A DNA stretch of 64,000 nucleotides from Candidatus Moraniibacteriota bacterium (lineage in GTDB: Bacteria; Patescibacteriota; Minisyncoccia; Moranbacterales; UBA2206): NCBI GenBank assembly GCA_049303795.1, contig JBAQNM010000006.1, positions 717 through 64,716 of the forward strand, read 5' to 3'. The notes below the pieces were generated by a model. That model saw only the letters and a list, made by a program, of their open reading frames with translations, had not been told where the DNA came from and made no database searches. Below, piece by piece: positions 19,542 through 28,463 of this stretch (within the stretch, counting starts at the first letter, position 1; every line of letters starts with the position of its first letter). The translations under genes were made by a program, and so were the position numbers.

Positions 19542-20660
19542 ATGAAAATAGGAGACTTAGAAAGATTTCAGGCAACAAAAAGATTACCCAAAAGACTTAT
19601 TGAGGATATTCCTGATTTAGTAGCGGCAGTTATTAATCGGGAGTGCAATTTAAGTTGCAAACACTGTGGTTGGGCACCAAAAAATAGTGTTTGCGAAAAA
19701 TATCTCAATAGGGATGGCTGGGATAAGTTCATTGAAAGCTTTTGTCTAGTTGGGAATAAAAAAGAAGAAAAAACAATCGTGATTTCTGGGCGAGAGCCAT
19801 TATATGATCTGGATTCAAGAAAAAAACTCATATCTATTCTATTGAGCTCTCGAAAGCAAGGGATTTATTCCGGATTTATCACAAATGGAATTAATCTGCC
19901 TTTTTTGTTCGAAGAGTATCCTTATTTTATTCCGGATTTTATGGATATCAGCCTTGAGGGGCCAAAAGAAATTAATGATAAAATTCGAGGAGCAGGATCT
20001 TTTGAAAAAACTTTGGCTGGTCTAAAGATAGCTCTTAAAAAAGTGGAAAAATTGTTTATTTCCACCACTGTAACAGCTATTAACATTCAGACTATTCCGA
20101 ATTTTGTTCAGTATTTGGCTCGGTTGGGAGCTAAGCGGTTAGTTTTTCATTCTCTAATACCAGGAGAATTTGTTGCGCCAGGAATTCAGACTGAAGATGA
20201 CGACTTTCTTGAAATGATAAAGAAAATAAATCAATTAGCGATTAAGCTAGAATTAGAACAAGTCATTTTTGATTTATATCCACCGTCTTTTAAAAATTTC
20301 CCCATGGTAATTGAGAAAATAAAGCCGGAAAATCTATTTATTGATAATTATATCGTGATGCCACTAGCTTCAAATGTATTTATCCGATTTGTTAATCTCA
20401 TGGAGTCATACGCTATTTCTTTTCTGGTTTCTCCGGAAGGCTATACTATTACCCCGCTGGAAATGAGAATGATAAATTATCTCAAGAACAAGGAAAATTG
20501 CCATCATGTTCAAAATATTTTGGCTTGGGATGGAAACCCTTATGCTAATGAAATAGTAAAATTGGCAAAAAACATTCCTGATATTTGTTTTGAGCAAAAA
20601 TGTTTCAAATTTTGTCTGGGGCAAAACTCATTTTGCCCATTATCTAAAAACAAAAAATAA
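19542..20660 (+). CDS. Radical SAM enzyme with a C-terminal Cys-rich auxiliary-cluster (SPASM/twitch-like) region. Candidate peptide-modifying maturase.
   Basis: CNLSCKHC (CX3CX2C) at residues about 36-43. GGE-like ISGREPL. C-terminal Cys cluster NCHH...DIC-FEQKC-FKFC-LGQNSFC. Confidence 0.7.
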   Translation: MKIGDLERFQATKRLPKRLIEDIPDLVAAVINRECNLSCKHCGWAPKNSVCEKYLNRDGWDKFIESFCLVGNKKEEKTIVISGREPLYDLDSRKKLISILLSSRKQGIYSGFITNGINLPFLFEEYPYFIPDFMDISLEGPKEINDKIRGAGSFEKTLAGLKIALKKVEKLFISTTVTAINIQTIPNFVQYLARLGAKRLVFHSLIPGEFVAPGIQTEDDDFLEMIKKINQLAIKLELEQVIFDLYPPSFKNFPMVIEKIKPENLFIDNYIVMPLASNVFIRFVNLMESYAISFLVSPEGYTITPLEMRMINYLKNKENCHHVQNILAWDGNPYANEIVKLAKNIPDICFEQKCFKFCLGQNSFCPLSKNKK

Positions 20661-20674
20661 AGGAGGATTGTAAC

Positions 20675-20791
20675 ATGGAAAAAAATAGTACTAAAAAAAT
20701 TGAAGCTGGATCAATGGCTGGCAGTAAAGGTGGAGTCAAGAAACCGCAACAGCCGGAACCGAAGGAGAATGAAGAAAAACGCAAAGAATAA
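20675..20791 (+). CDS. Small ORF (38 aa, MEKNSTKKIEAGSMAGSKGGVKKPQQPEPKENEEKRKE) immediately downstream of the radical SAM gene. Candidate substrate peptide or small protein.
   Basis: Strong RBS AAAGGAGGA 5 nt upstream of the ATG. Followed about 30 nt downstream by a rho-independent terminator. Too short for the supplied ORF track. Confidence 0.4.
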   Translation: MEKNSTKKIEAGSMAGSKGGVKKPQQPEPKENEEKRKE

Positions 20792-20820
20792 AAAATAAAC
20801 CCTAAATATAAACAACCAGA

Positions 20821-20855
20821 AAAGGCTGCGAGTGAAACACTCAAAGCCTTTTTAA
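20821..20855 (+). terminator. Rho-independent terminator (AAAGGCT-GC-GAGTG-AAA-CACTC-A-AAGCCTTTTT), copy 1 of a repeated 3' module
   Basis: Nested stem-loop followed by a T-run. Near-identical copy at 22117..22150. Confidence 0.65.
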
Positions 20856-20942
20856 ATTTGTGTTATCGCCAATATTTCCTAAATCCGAGCTTTAGGATAT
20901 AAAATTATTTATTATTTATATATCGCTTCGACCTTTTCCAGA

Positions 20943-21692
20943 TTATTTTGTTAAGCTCCAAATCAAATCAAATTTGCTTTTCTCGCTTTTAGCTATTTCT
21001 TCACTTTCGATTTTAACGGCAATTAGCTCTTTTTTGGAGGTGAAAATTGCTACTGTATTTTGATATATTAAAACAAAAGATGGGTGATAAAAATCTGCTG
21101 GTAGAAATTTTATTTCTCGTAAATCGCTAGCATTTTTTTCACTCGAAAAAAAATCTTTAGGAAAAAATTCTGCCACTTCTTTCTCAAAATATAAAGCTTT
21201 TATCTTGGAATTATTTTTTATTCTTTCGGGAATATAGTATTTTTGATCATATTCTTGCCCAACTATTTCATAAATTTTTTTGAGAGATCCAATAGCTCGG
21301 ATAGTTTCGTTCATTTTTAATGATTCATTGGCAATTGAAATGTAACCTTCTTTTCCCTCATACATAGTCACTCTCGGCTTGTAATAAGAGTTTTTTTGAA
21401 TAGCATTAAGTTCAGGGATTATTTCATTGACCTCGCTCAATCTTTTTTTTAATTGATCAGAAAGCAAAGTTGGTGACGAAGCAACAAAACGCAAACCATT
21501 GGGTAATTTAAAATTTCCCATCAAACCTTTTTCTTCAAGATTTTTTGCAATCAAATATGCTGAACTTCTTTTAATCCCAGCTATTTTAGCGATTCTGGCT
21601 AGAGGTGCTTCGCCTAATTTCAAACCAGCCAGATATAGTCGTGTTTCTTCATTGCTTAGTCCATAATTTTTCAAAACTTGTTCAATATTCAT
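20943..21692 (-). CDS. TrmB-like winged-helix transcriptional regulator, paralog 4 of 9
   Basis: N-terminal wHTH (ETRLYLAGLKLGEAPLARIAKIAGIKRSSAYLIAKNLEEKGLM). C-terminus ...SKFDLIWSLTK. Confidence 0.6.
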   Translation of the reverse strand: MNIEQVLKNYGLSNEETRLYLAGLKLGEAPLARIAKIAGIKRSSAYLIAKNLEEKGLMGNFKLPNGLRFVASSPTLLSDQLKKRLSEVNEIIPELNAIQKNSYYKPRVTMYEGKEGYISIANESLKMNETIRAIGSLKKIYEIVGQEYDQKYYIPERIKNNSKIKALYFEKEVAEFFPKDFFSSEKNASDLREIKFLPADFYHPSFVLIYQNTVAIFTSKKELIAVKIESEEIAKSEKSKFDLIWSLTK

Positions 21693-21897
21693 ATTGTTGT
21701 TATTTATGACAACAGTATATCATGCTTATATTTAATAGTCAATAGTGGCTTAATTTAAGCAATAATATTACTTTAAATTTAATAAAAATAGTCATATTTC
21801 AGGACATAACTTTGACTAATAGCTACATTTCTGCTAGTATTAACAGTTAATAAAAAAGGATAGTTATTTAAAAATTTAATTGAAAAGGAGAAATAAG

Positions 21898-22098
21898 GTG
21901 AATGGAGACCTACTATTAATAAAACTACTAGCTTCTTTTGGAGTATCCATTATTATGGGAGTTATAATGACACTATTGGATCAAATGTTTGCGGTAAAAA
22001 GCGATATATTATATAAGGTAGCCCTCATGGGGTGCGGAGCGTGTTTATATAAAATTTTTTCCTTTATTTTTCTGTCAGAGGATAAAGATGAGAAGTAG
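21898..22098 (+). CDS. Small hydrophobic Cys-containing ORF (66 aa from GTG, ...KVALMGCGACLYKIFSFIFLSEDKDEK). Candidate precursor peptide or small membrane protein.
   Basis: RBS AAAAGGAG 6 nt upstream of the GTG (the ORF track starts earlier at TTG 21880). Its C-terminal acidic/lysine tail and 3' UTR/terminator are shared with the 38-aa ORF at 20675. Confidence 0.4.
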   Translation: MNGDLLLIKLLASFGVSIIMGVIMTLLDQMFAVKSDILYKVALMGCGACLYKIFSFIFLSEDKDEK

Positions 22099-22116
22099 AA
22101 AATAACATAAACACAA

Positions 22117-22150
22117 AAAAGGCTGAGAGTGAAACACTCAAGGCCTTTTT
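22117..22150 (+). terminator. Rho-independent terminator, copy 2 of the repeated 3' module (AAAAGGCTGAGAGTGAAACACTCAAGGCCTTTTT)
   Basis: Differs from the copy at 20821 by 2-3 substitutions. Flanks are also similar. Confidence 0.65.
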
Positions 22151-22448
22151 AAATTTGTGCGTATCATTGGGCTTAATCCACTTTGCATTTTGTTTTTATA
22201 TATGATTTGCGATTAGAGGTTATCGCATCGCTTCAAAGCCAAAAAGGCTTTCAATCGAAAAACAAGAAAGCAAGAAAAAGCGAGAAGTAAATTTTGATAA
22301 TAAAAAAACGGGCGATTCGCAATGAAATCGCCCGGGTCGTTTAAGTTATAAATTTTTTTAGAAAAATTAACCATATAAATGGATGATTGACCAGCTTTTC
22401 AATCAATTCAATTTTGTACAGACCTTCAAGTTAATCCGCCAGTAATTA

Positions 22449-22697
22449 TTAGATTTCTTTGAACTTTTTAGATTTGCTTTTCACTTTTTTTCTCCTATAT
22501 TTCAAAATGGTGTCTTTTTTATTCTGAAAAATATCCAGAGAGAACGCTATGAAAATAGCTATTAGCATTGTTGAATAAAAAGCTGAGAAAAAACGTATAT
22601 AGGGGTCTTCTGATAAAAAACTAATTGACCCCAAGGTAATTACGCAAACCATGATTATCTCTATACGAATTTTTATTGATTTACTGATTTTTTTCAT
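22449..22697 (-). CDS. Hypothetical small membrane protein (82 aa)
   Basis: Two hydrophobic helices with a lysine-rich tail. Terminator hairpin on the minus strand at about 22300-22340. Confidence 0.35.
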   Translation of the reverse strand: MKKISKSIKIRIEIIMVCVITLGSISFLSEDPYIRFFSAFYSTMLIAIFIAFSLDIFQNKKDTILKYRRKKVKSKSKKFKEI

Positions 22698-22699
22698 TT

Positions 22700-23359
22700 T
22701 TATCTCCTTGGCTTTTCCTCAATAGTTGCCATCAGGTCATCAATTATTTGATTTCCTGATTTTTCCAATAATTCCAACACTCCTTTTGCACCGTAATCCA
22801 ATAATGTTAGCTTGCCTTTATGATAGGAAAAATTTTCGGGGTTAGAAAAAGTGTGTCCGACTGCACCTATTTCTTCTCGGTATTCTTTTTTTGCAACTAT
22901 TTCCCAAAGTTTTCCAAAAGTAAATCTTTTTTTGACATTTCCTCTTTGATAATCGAATTTTATTTTGCCAGCGCCTTCTTCAAAGCGGTAGAAATTTATA
23001 AATCCGAGCGAAAAATACAACTTTGTCAGTAAAGGATGTTTTGTTTTGTGCCAGCATACGGCCTCTCTGTAGTTTTCCATTAAACCTAACGTCAACCATT
23101 CCCATATTATTTCGAGGCTTGAAATAATAGTTGATCTTTTTTCTCCTTTTAAAATATCCTTACAAAGACGACGGAGTTCTTGATATAAAAACAAAAGTCT
23201 TATCCTGGGTATTTTCATGACTATATTTCTTTTTGTCACTTTATTACTAAAATTACCATATTTTTCTTTTCGTATCTCTTTCACAGTTTTACTTTCAAGG
23301 ATAATTATTAGTCGGGTTGTACCTTCACTGCTAAACGTTATTTTCAGTTCATTTATCAT
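22700..23359 (-). CDS. Hypothetical protein (219 aa), divergent from TrmB-like paralog 5
   Basis: ORF only; no recognisable domain. Confidence 0.35.
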   Translation of the reverse strand: MINELKITFSSEGTTRLIIILESKTVKEIRKEKYGNFSNKVTKRNIVMKIPRIRLLFLYQELRRLCKDILKGEKRSTIISSLEIIWEWLTLGLMENYREAVCWHKTKHPLLTKLYFSLGFINFYRFEEGAGKIKFDYQRGNVKKRFTFGKLWEIVAKKEYREEIGAVGHTFSNPENFSYHKGKLTLLDYGAKGVLELLEKSGNQIIDDLMATIEEKPRR

Positions 23360-23426
23360 TTTTTATCTCCTATTTCTAAATAGATTGTTCGTTATGTTTT
23401 TAAATAACTTTGCCAAACGCCAATCG

Positions 23427-23455
23427 TTGACAATCAAGGGAATATACTATAATAT
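23427..23455 (+). promoter_or_regulatory. Putative sigma-70 promoter for paralog 5 (TTGACA - 17 nt - TAATAT), followed by palindrome CGTCA-tcc-GACG at 23477..23488
   Basis: Consensus -35 and an AT-rich -10. An inverted repeat lies between the promoter and the ATG at 23503. Confidence 0.45.
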
Positions 23456-23502
23456 CCAATGTATGTAAATATGTTGTCGTCATCCGACGAACAAGCAAAA
23501 AT

Positions 23503-24288
23503 ATGGATATAATAAAAATCTTAGAAAAAATCAATTGCACGGATTTTGAAGCCAGAACTTTCCTGGCGCTCTTGGAGGAATCAAAAGGCGCGAGCGTTTT
23601 GGGTTTGAGTAAAAAGTTAAATCTGCCTCGTCCTACAATTTATGGTCATATAGAATCTTTGATTGAAAAAGGGTTGGCAAAAAAAGGCGTGGGAGAAACC
23701 GGGGCAGTTTTTTATGCTGAAGATAAGGAAAATATTCTAAGCATTTATAATGAAAAAATTGAAGAAATGAAAAAGGCCCGGGAAAATTTTTCTGAGGCAT
23801 TTAAAAATAAAGATTATGGAGCCACTTATCAGCCAAAATTAATCCACTATTCCACTAAAGATGCTGCCAAATCAATTTTGCGCGATATTTTGAGATCAAG
23901 AGAAAAGGAAACTTATTGGTTCTGGCCTCTCAAAGAAATGCTGAAAGTAATTCCGGAAGAGGTTCTGCAAAATTTTAATGAAGAAAGGGTAAGAAGAAAA
24001 ATTTGGACAAATATACTTTGGCCACCAAAAAGAAAAATTGATATAAAAAAATATCCCTTGCTTGGGCCTTGGAACGAGAAAGAATCTTTGCGCAGGATAA
24101 AAATTTTACCGGAAAATATCGATCAGACTTTAGGTTATGCGATTTATGGCGACAAAGTAGCCTTCATTTCTTCCGATAGGGAAAATTACGGCATGATTAT
24201 TGACAGCCGAGAACTTGCCCAAACTCTGAAAGCTCAATTTGATTATTTTTGGAAAATATCAAGACTTATAAAACAAGAATCAGTCTAA
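23503..24288 (+). CDS. TrmB-like winged-helix transcriptional regulator, paralog 5 of 9
   Basis: N-terminal wHTH (FEARTFLALLEESKGASVLGLSKKLNLPRPTIYGHIESLIEKGL). C-terminal GYAIYGDKVAFISSDRENYGMIIDSRELAQTLKAQFDYFWKISR. Confidence 0.6.
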   Translation: MDIIKILEKINCTDFEARTFLALLEESKGASVLGLSKKLNLPRPTIYGHIESLIEKGLAKKGVGETGAVFYAEDKENILSIYNEKIEEMKKARENFSEAFKNKDYGATYQPKLIHYSTKDAAKSILRDILRSREKETYWFWPLKEMLKVIPEEVLQNFNEERVRRKIWTNILWPPKRKIDIKKYPLLGPWNEKESLRRIKILPENIDQTLGYAIYGDKVAFISSDRENYGMIIDSRELAQTLKAQFDYFWKISRLIKQESV

Positions 24289-24519
24289 CTTATTAAATCA
24301 AATTCTAGATCAATTTATACTATCATACTATTATTAGACTTAATTCATTTCAAACAAGCCTGGAATTAAAAAATTTAACCGAAGAGGAAATGAGTCTTTC
24401 TGTCGAAGAGTTTAGAAAAATCTTTTAATACCAATACTTTTTTACAAAATAAAAACGCACCCAAGGATTTTTTCCTGAGTGCGAATTTTTTTCGAATATT
24501 TTTTTTGGGAGCAGCGTTG

Positions 24520-25050
24520 CTATTTAAACAAGCTCTCGATTTCTGTCAGCGGTTCGAAAATATTTCGCTGGCCTCTGTTGAGCGAAAGATGGACGATTAT
24601 ACATACAAGAAATCTGTCTTTCGCGGAGTCATTTTTGGTGACAAGAAACTCTGAAACATACGTGGTCGTACCCTTGTCAGCCTCTTTTGAAACAACTGAA
24701 TAATCAGAGAAGACGAAATAGATCTCGCCTTTACCGCTTACCCATATTTTTTTTGGAGCCTCCTTGATGCCAGTACCCCTGAATTCATAGAACCAATCAT
24801 CTTTAAGAATCAAATTTCTTCCTTTCGGCGACTGCATGGGAACGTAGACCAAGAATCCAGCAAATTCCCATTCTGCATCCAGGAAAAATTGACCTTTGGG
24901 AGCTCGCATGACGACGTAGTAATCGCAGGTCGTATCAGGTCCTACAAATTTTGCGGCCAGGATATACTGATGAGTTTCCTCACAAAAAGCCGGGGTCACT
25001 ACCAACAAAACGATTGCCAATACTGCCATAACTAAAGTCGTTTTTTTCAT
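24520..25050 (-). CDS. Hypothetical secreted protein (signal peptide MKKTTLVMAVLAIVLLVVTPAFC)
   Basis: N-terminal signal-peptide-like segment. Bidirectional terminator hairpin at about 24456-24495. Confidence 0.45.
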   Translation of the reverse strand: MKKTTLVMAVLAIVLLVVTPAFCEETHQYILAAKFVGPDTTCDYYVVMRAPKGQFFLDAEWEFAGFLVYVPMQSPKGRNLILKDDWFYEFRGTGIKEAPKKIWVSGKGEIYFVFSDYSVVSKEADKGTTTYVSEFLVTKNDSAKDRFLVCIIVHLSLNRGQRNIFEPLTEIESLFK

Positions 25051-25340
25051 GAATCTTTCTCCCTGTTTTAGTTTTTAAAATAATAAAGTTAATTTTCATT
25101 TACCCCTTAAATCAAGGATTATTCCCGAAAATAAGGGGTAAATGGAAAAAGGAGAGATAAATTCGGTTGTCAATGAACGACGTGTAAATATAGAGTATTT
25201 AAAAGATTTTGTCAAACAAAAAATTTGGATCAAAACTGACATAAACATCTAACTATGCTAGAATTTTATCACTAATAAAGGACGGGCTATGTGATCATTC
25301 GCAATAATATCCCAAAAAATAATCCCCCTAAAATAATATT

Positions 25341-26195
25341 ATGCCGGAACTACCCGAAGTTGAAACAATCATTTCTGATTTGAATAAAAAAATTAAAGGT
25401 GCCGTAATCACTGATTTTTGGTCTGATTTTTCCAAAGCTATTAAAGGCTCCACGCTAGAAAAATTTAAACGTGAAATGCGCGGAAAAAAAATTCTCAAAG
25501 CAGAAAGAGTTGGTAAAAACATCCTTATCAATCTTTCTGACAATAAAACTTTACATATTCATTTGCGCATGACTGGACATCTCCTAGTTAAAGATAAATC
25601 AAAAAAACTTAACCAAAAAAACTTTGCTGATAAAGTCAATCAATATATTCATCATATTTGGAAATTAGATAAAGATAAAACTTTGGAATTTTCTGATTTG
25701 CGTAAATTCGCCACTATCACATTATTTGACACTAATGAAATTTCAAATTATCTCGCAGACAAAAAAATTGGCATTGATGCTTTGGATAAAAAATTTACAT
25801 TCGTAATATTTAATCAACTCTTGAACGCAAAACCTAAAATGCCAATCGGGATTTTTCTTCTTGATCAAAGCATTATTTCTGGTATTGGCAATATCTATCG
25901 CAGTGAAATTCTTTTTGCTTCCGGGGTTTTGCCAGAACGAAAAAATGAAAGCTTAAATAAAATTGAACGTAAAAAAATCTTCGTAAACACTGAGAAAATA
26001 TTAAAACTGGCCATAAAAATGCGAGGAACGTCTGACAGTGACTATCGTGATTCTTCTGGAGCGCCGGGACATTTTCAAAAAATGCTTAAAGTTTATCGCA
26101 AAGACAAAACGCCTTGCTCAAAATGTGGAAATATTCTTCTACGCAAAAAAATGGCGCAACGCAGTGTTTTTTATTGCGCAAATTGTCAGAAATAA
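25341..26195 (+). CDS. fpg: Formamidopyrimidine-DNA glycosylase (Fpg/Nei family)
   Basis: MPELPEVETI N-terminus with catalytic Pro2/Glu. H2TH region. C-terminal zinc finger CSKCGN...CANCQ. Confidence 0.85.
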   Translation: MPELPEVETIISDLNKKIKGAVITDFWSDFSKAIKGSTLEKFKREMRGKKILKAERVGKNILINLSDNKTLHIHLRMTGHLLVKDKSKKLNQKNFADKVNQYIHHIWKLDKDKTLEFSDLRKFATITLFDTNEISNYLADKKIGIDALDKKFTFVIFNQLLNAKPKMPIGIFLLDQSIISGIGNIYRSEILFASGVLPERKNESLNKIERKKIFVNTEKILKLAIKMRGTSDSDYRDSSGAPGHFQKMLKVYRKDKTPCSKCGNILLRKKMAQRSVFYCANCQK

Positions 26196-26313
26196 AAAAC
26201 TTTATTATTTCTTTTTTCTTTATTCTCTAACTTGAAGCCATTTTATGACTATTTTTGTCAAACCGTCTATTTGATGTATAATTAAAATATAATTCATTAA
26301 CCCTAAATAAAAA

Positions 26314-27474
26314 ATGGGCAAAAAACAAAAAGTCATTATTGTTATTATTGCAATTCTGATTGTCGGAGCAGGCAGCTACTTTTTTTCAAAGAGAAGCGCT
26401 AAAACAATAATTAGCAAACAGATTAATCTAAATCAAGATGAACAAATTCCTGAATTAATCAATACTGGTCCGGTTAGTCCAATCTCTGGTTTAAGTTGTG
26501 AAAATTGGAATCGCAGACCAATTGCAGTTATGCAGCCATCTGACATACAAGCCCGTCCAGCAGCCGGTTTTTCCGAGGCTGATATGGTAATTGAAATGCC
26601 AGCCTACACTTCATCAGTCACTAGGCTTATGGGAGTGTATATTTGTAATATTCCTAAAGAAATCGGAGCTATTCGCAGTTCTCGCCATGATTATATTGCT
26701 CTTGCAAGCGGACTTAACGCGTTTTTCATTCATTGGGGAGGATCACACTTTGCACTCGATCTTTTAAGTAAAAATGTAATCGACCATATTGACTGCATGA
26801 ACACTAGCTATTGCGAACGCTGGCCGGTTTCTGGAAATATGAGAATGGAAGATACTGGACACATCAAAGGAGAAAAAGCCTTATCAGCTATGAATAATTT
26901 AAAATTAGATATGACAAATAAATTTTCTGGCTATCGTCATCAAGCCGAAACCCCTATTGATCAGAGACCAAATGGTGGACATCTTCGAGTAGCTTTCGCT
27001 AAGCCATATGACGCAGAGTATGACTATGATAAAAATTCTAATTCATATCTTCGAACTTGGGGAGAAGCAGCTGACACAGACAGAAATAATAATCAGAGAA
27101 TTGCTCCAAAAAACATCGTGGTAATGTTCGCTAAATCTGAGCAAATAGTTAATACAAAAGACTATAAAGCACTGGGGTTACAAAATCCTTGGGAAAATGT
27201 TGAAGCAGTTAAAAATACCGGTGTAGAAAGTATTAGCGGAAGATATAATAATGTCCAGATTGGTGATCCTTGGTATGACGAATCTGACTCTGGAGAAGCG
27301 CATTATTATCTAAACGGAAAAGAATATACCGGAACATGGAAAAAAGACCGTTCGAAAATAGATAGCAAGCTTTTTTTCTATGATGCAAGTGGACAGGAAA
27401 TGAAATTTGTTCCAGGCCAAATTTGGGTAGAAATTCTAGAGCCAGGGCAAGCATTAAGATGGGAAATAAGTTAG
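26314..27474 (+). CDS. Secreted or membrane-anchored DUF3048-like protein
   Basis: N-terminal TM anchor. RPIAVMQPSDIQARPAAGFSEADMVIEMPAYTSSVTRLMGVY resembles the DUF3048 N-terminal domain (YerB-like). Confidence 0.45.
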   Translation: MGKKQKVIIVIIAILIVGAGSYFFSKRSAKTIISKQINLNQDEQIPELINTGPVSPISGLSCENWNRRPIAVMQPSDIQARPAAGFSEADMVIEMPAYTSSVTRLMGVYICNIPKEIGAIRSSRHDYIALASGLNAFFIHWGGSHFALDLLSKNVIDHIDCMNTSYCERWPVSGNMRMEDTGHIKGEKALSAMNNLKLDMTNKFSGYRHQAETPIDQRPNGGHLRVAFAKPYDAEYDYDKNSNSYLRTWGEAADTDRNNNQRIAPKNIVVMFAKSEQIVNTKDYKALGLQNPWENVEAVKNTGVESISGRYNNVQIGDPWYDESDSGEAHYYLNGKEYTGTWKKDRSKIDSKLFFYDASGQEMKFVPGQIWVEILEPGQALRWEIS

Positions 27475-27490
27475 TTTTAAAAAACATACT

Positions 27491-28462
27491 ATGCTTTTCT
27501 TTCTTTATGGAGAAGATTCTTTTCGCTCTTATGAAAAAGTCTTAGAAATAAAAAATAAGTTTCAAATGAATGACAAATCCGGAGCGGGTTTGTCTTCTTT
27601 TGATGCACAAGAAGAAAAAAAAATTCTAGAAAAAATTGAAGATAATATGCGCAATACTGGATTATTTTCTTCTAAAAAATTACTAATTCTCAAAAGAGTT
27701 ATTTCTCACTCTATAAGCGAAGAGCAAAAAAAAATTCTAGACTTCTTGAAAAAAAATATTGACACGTTGAAAAGCAACACCGATTGTGTGGTTATTTTTT
27801 GGGAGGAACAAATTCCGAGAAAAAATAATGCCCTCTTTAAGTTCCTACTTTTAAACGCCAAAAAGCAGAATTTTGAAAAATTAATTGGACCAAAAATTAA
27901 TCAATGGGTATTGGAAAAAATTAAAAAGTCGAATTCAAATACAGAAATTTCGAGAACAGCCCTGGATAAATTAGTCGTCTATACAAATGGAAACACAGCT
28001 ATCCTAAGCCAAGAAATTGAAAAATTAATCAGCTTTTCATATGGAAAAACGATTGATGATATAGCAATAGATTCACTAACAAAAGCTGATTTGGATAATG
28101 ATATTTTCAAAACGATTGAAGCTTTGGCTGGCAAAAATAAAAAGCTAGCACTAAAATTACTTCGTCAACATCTTGAACGTGGCGACGATCCATTCTATCT
28201 TTTCTCTATGTTTGTTTATCAATTTCGAAATCTTTTGCGCATTTCAGCATTGCAAGAAAATAAAATATTTAATGAATTTGAAATTGCTAAAATTACAAAG
28301 CTCCATCCCTATGTAGTGAAAAAAAGTTTTTCTCAGGCAAGAAATTTCGGCCTTCATAATTTAAAAGTAATCTACAAAAACTTAGGCGAAATTGACACTA
28401 ACATAAAAACGGGGAAACTGGATGCAAAACTAGCCTTGGATAAGTTTATAGTTGAACTTTAA
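27491..28462 (+). CDS. holA: DNA polymerase III delta subunit
   Basis: MLFFLYGEDSFRSYEKV start typical of HolA. Length 323 aa. Helical C-terminal domain. Confidence 0.65.
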   Translation: MLFFLYGEDSFRSYEKVLEIKNKFQMNDKSGAGLSSFDAQEEKKILEKIEDNMRNTGLFSSKKLLILKRVISHSISEEQKKILDFLKKNIDTLKSNTDCVVIFWEEQIPRKNNALFKFLLLNAKKQNFEKLIGPKINQWVLEKIKKSNSNTEISRTALDKLVVYTNGNTAILSQEIEKLISFSYGKTIDDIAIDSLTKADLDNDIFKTIEALAGKNKKLALKLLRQHLERGDDPFYLFSMFVYQFRNLLRISALQENKIFNEFEIAKITKLHPYVVKKSFSQARNFGLHNLKVIYKNLGEIDTNIKTGKLDAKLALDKFIVEL

Positions 28463-28463
28463 A

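Noticed and set aside
22150-22300. Possible small ncRNA in the AT-rich spacer after the second shared terminator (hairpin AAAGCC-aaaa-GGCTTT and others)
   Set aside because: Only short generic hairpins. There is no conserved structure or promoter that I can support from the sequence alone.
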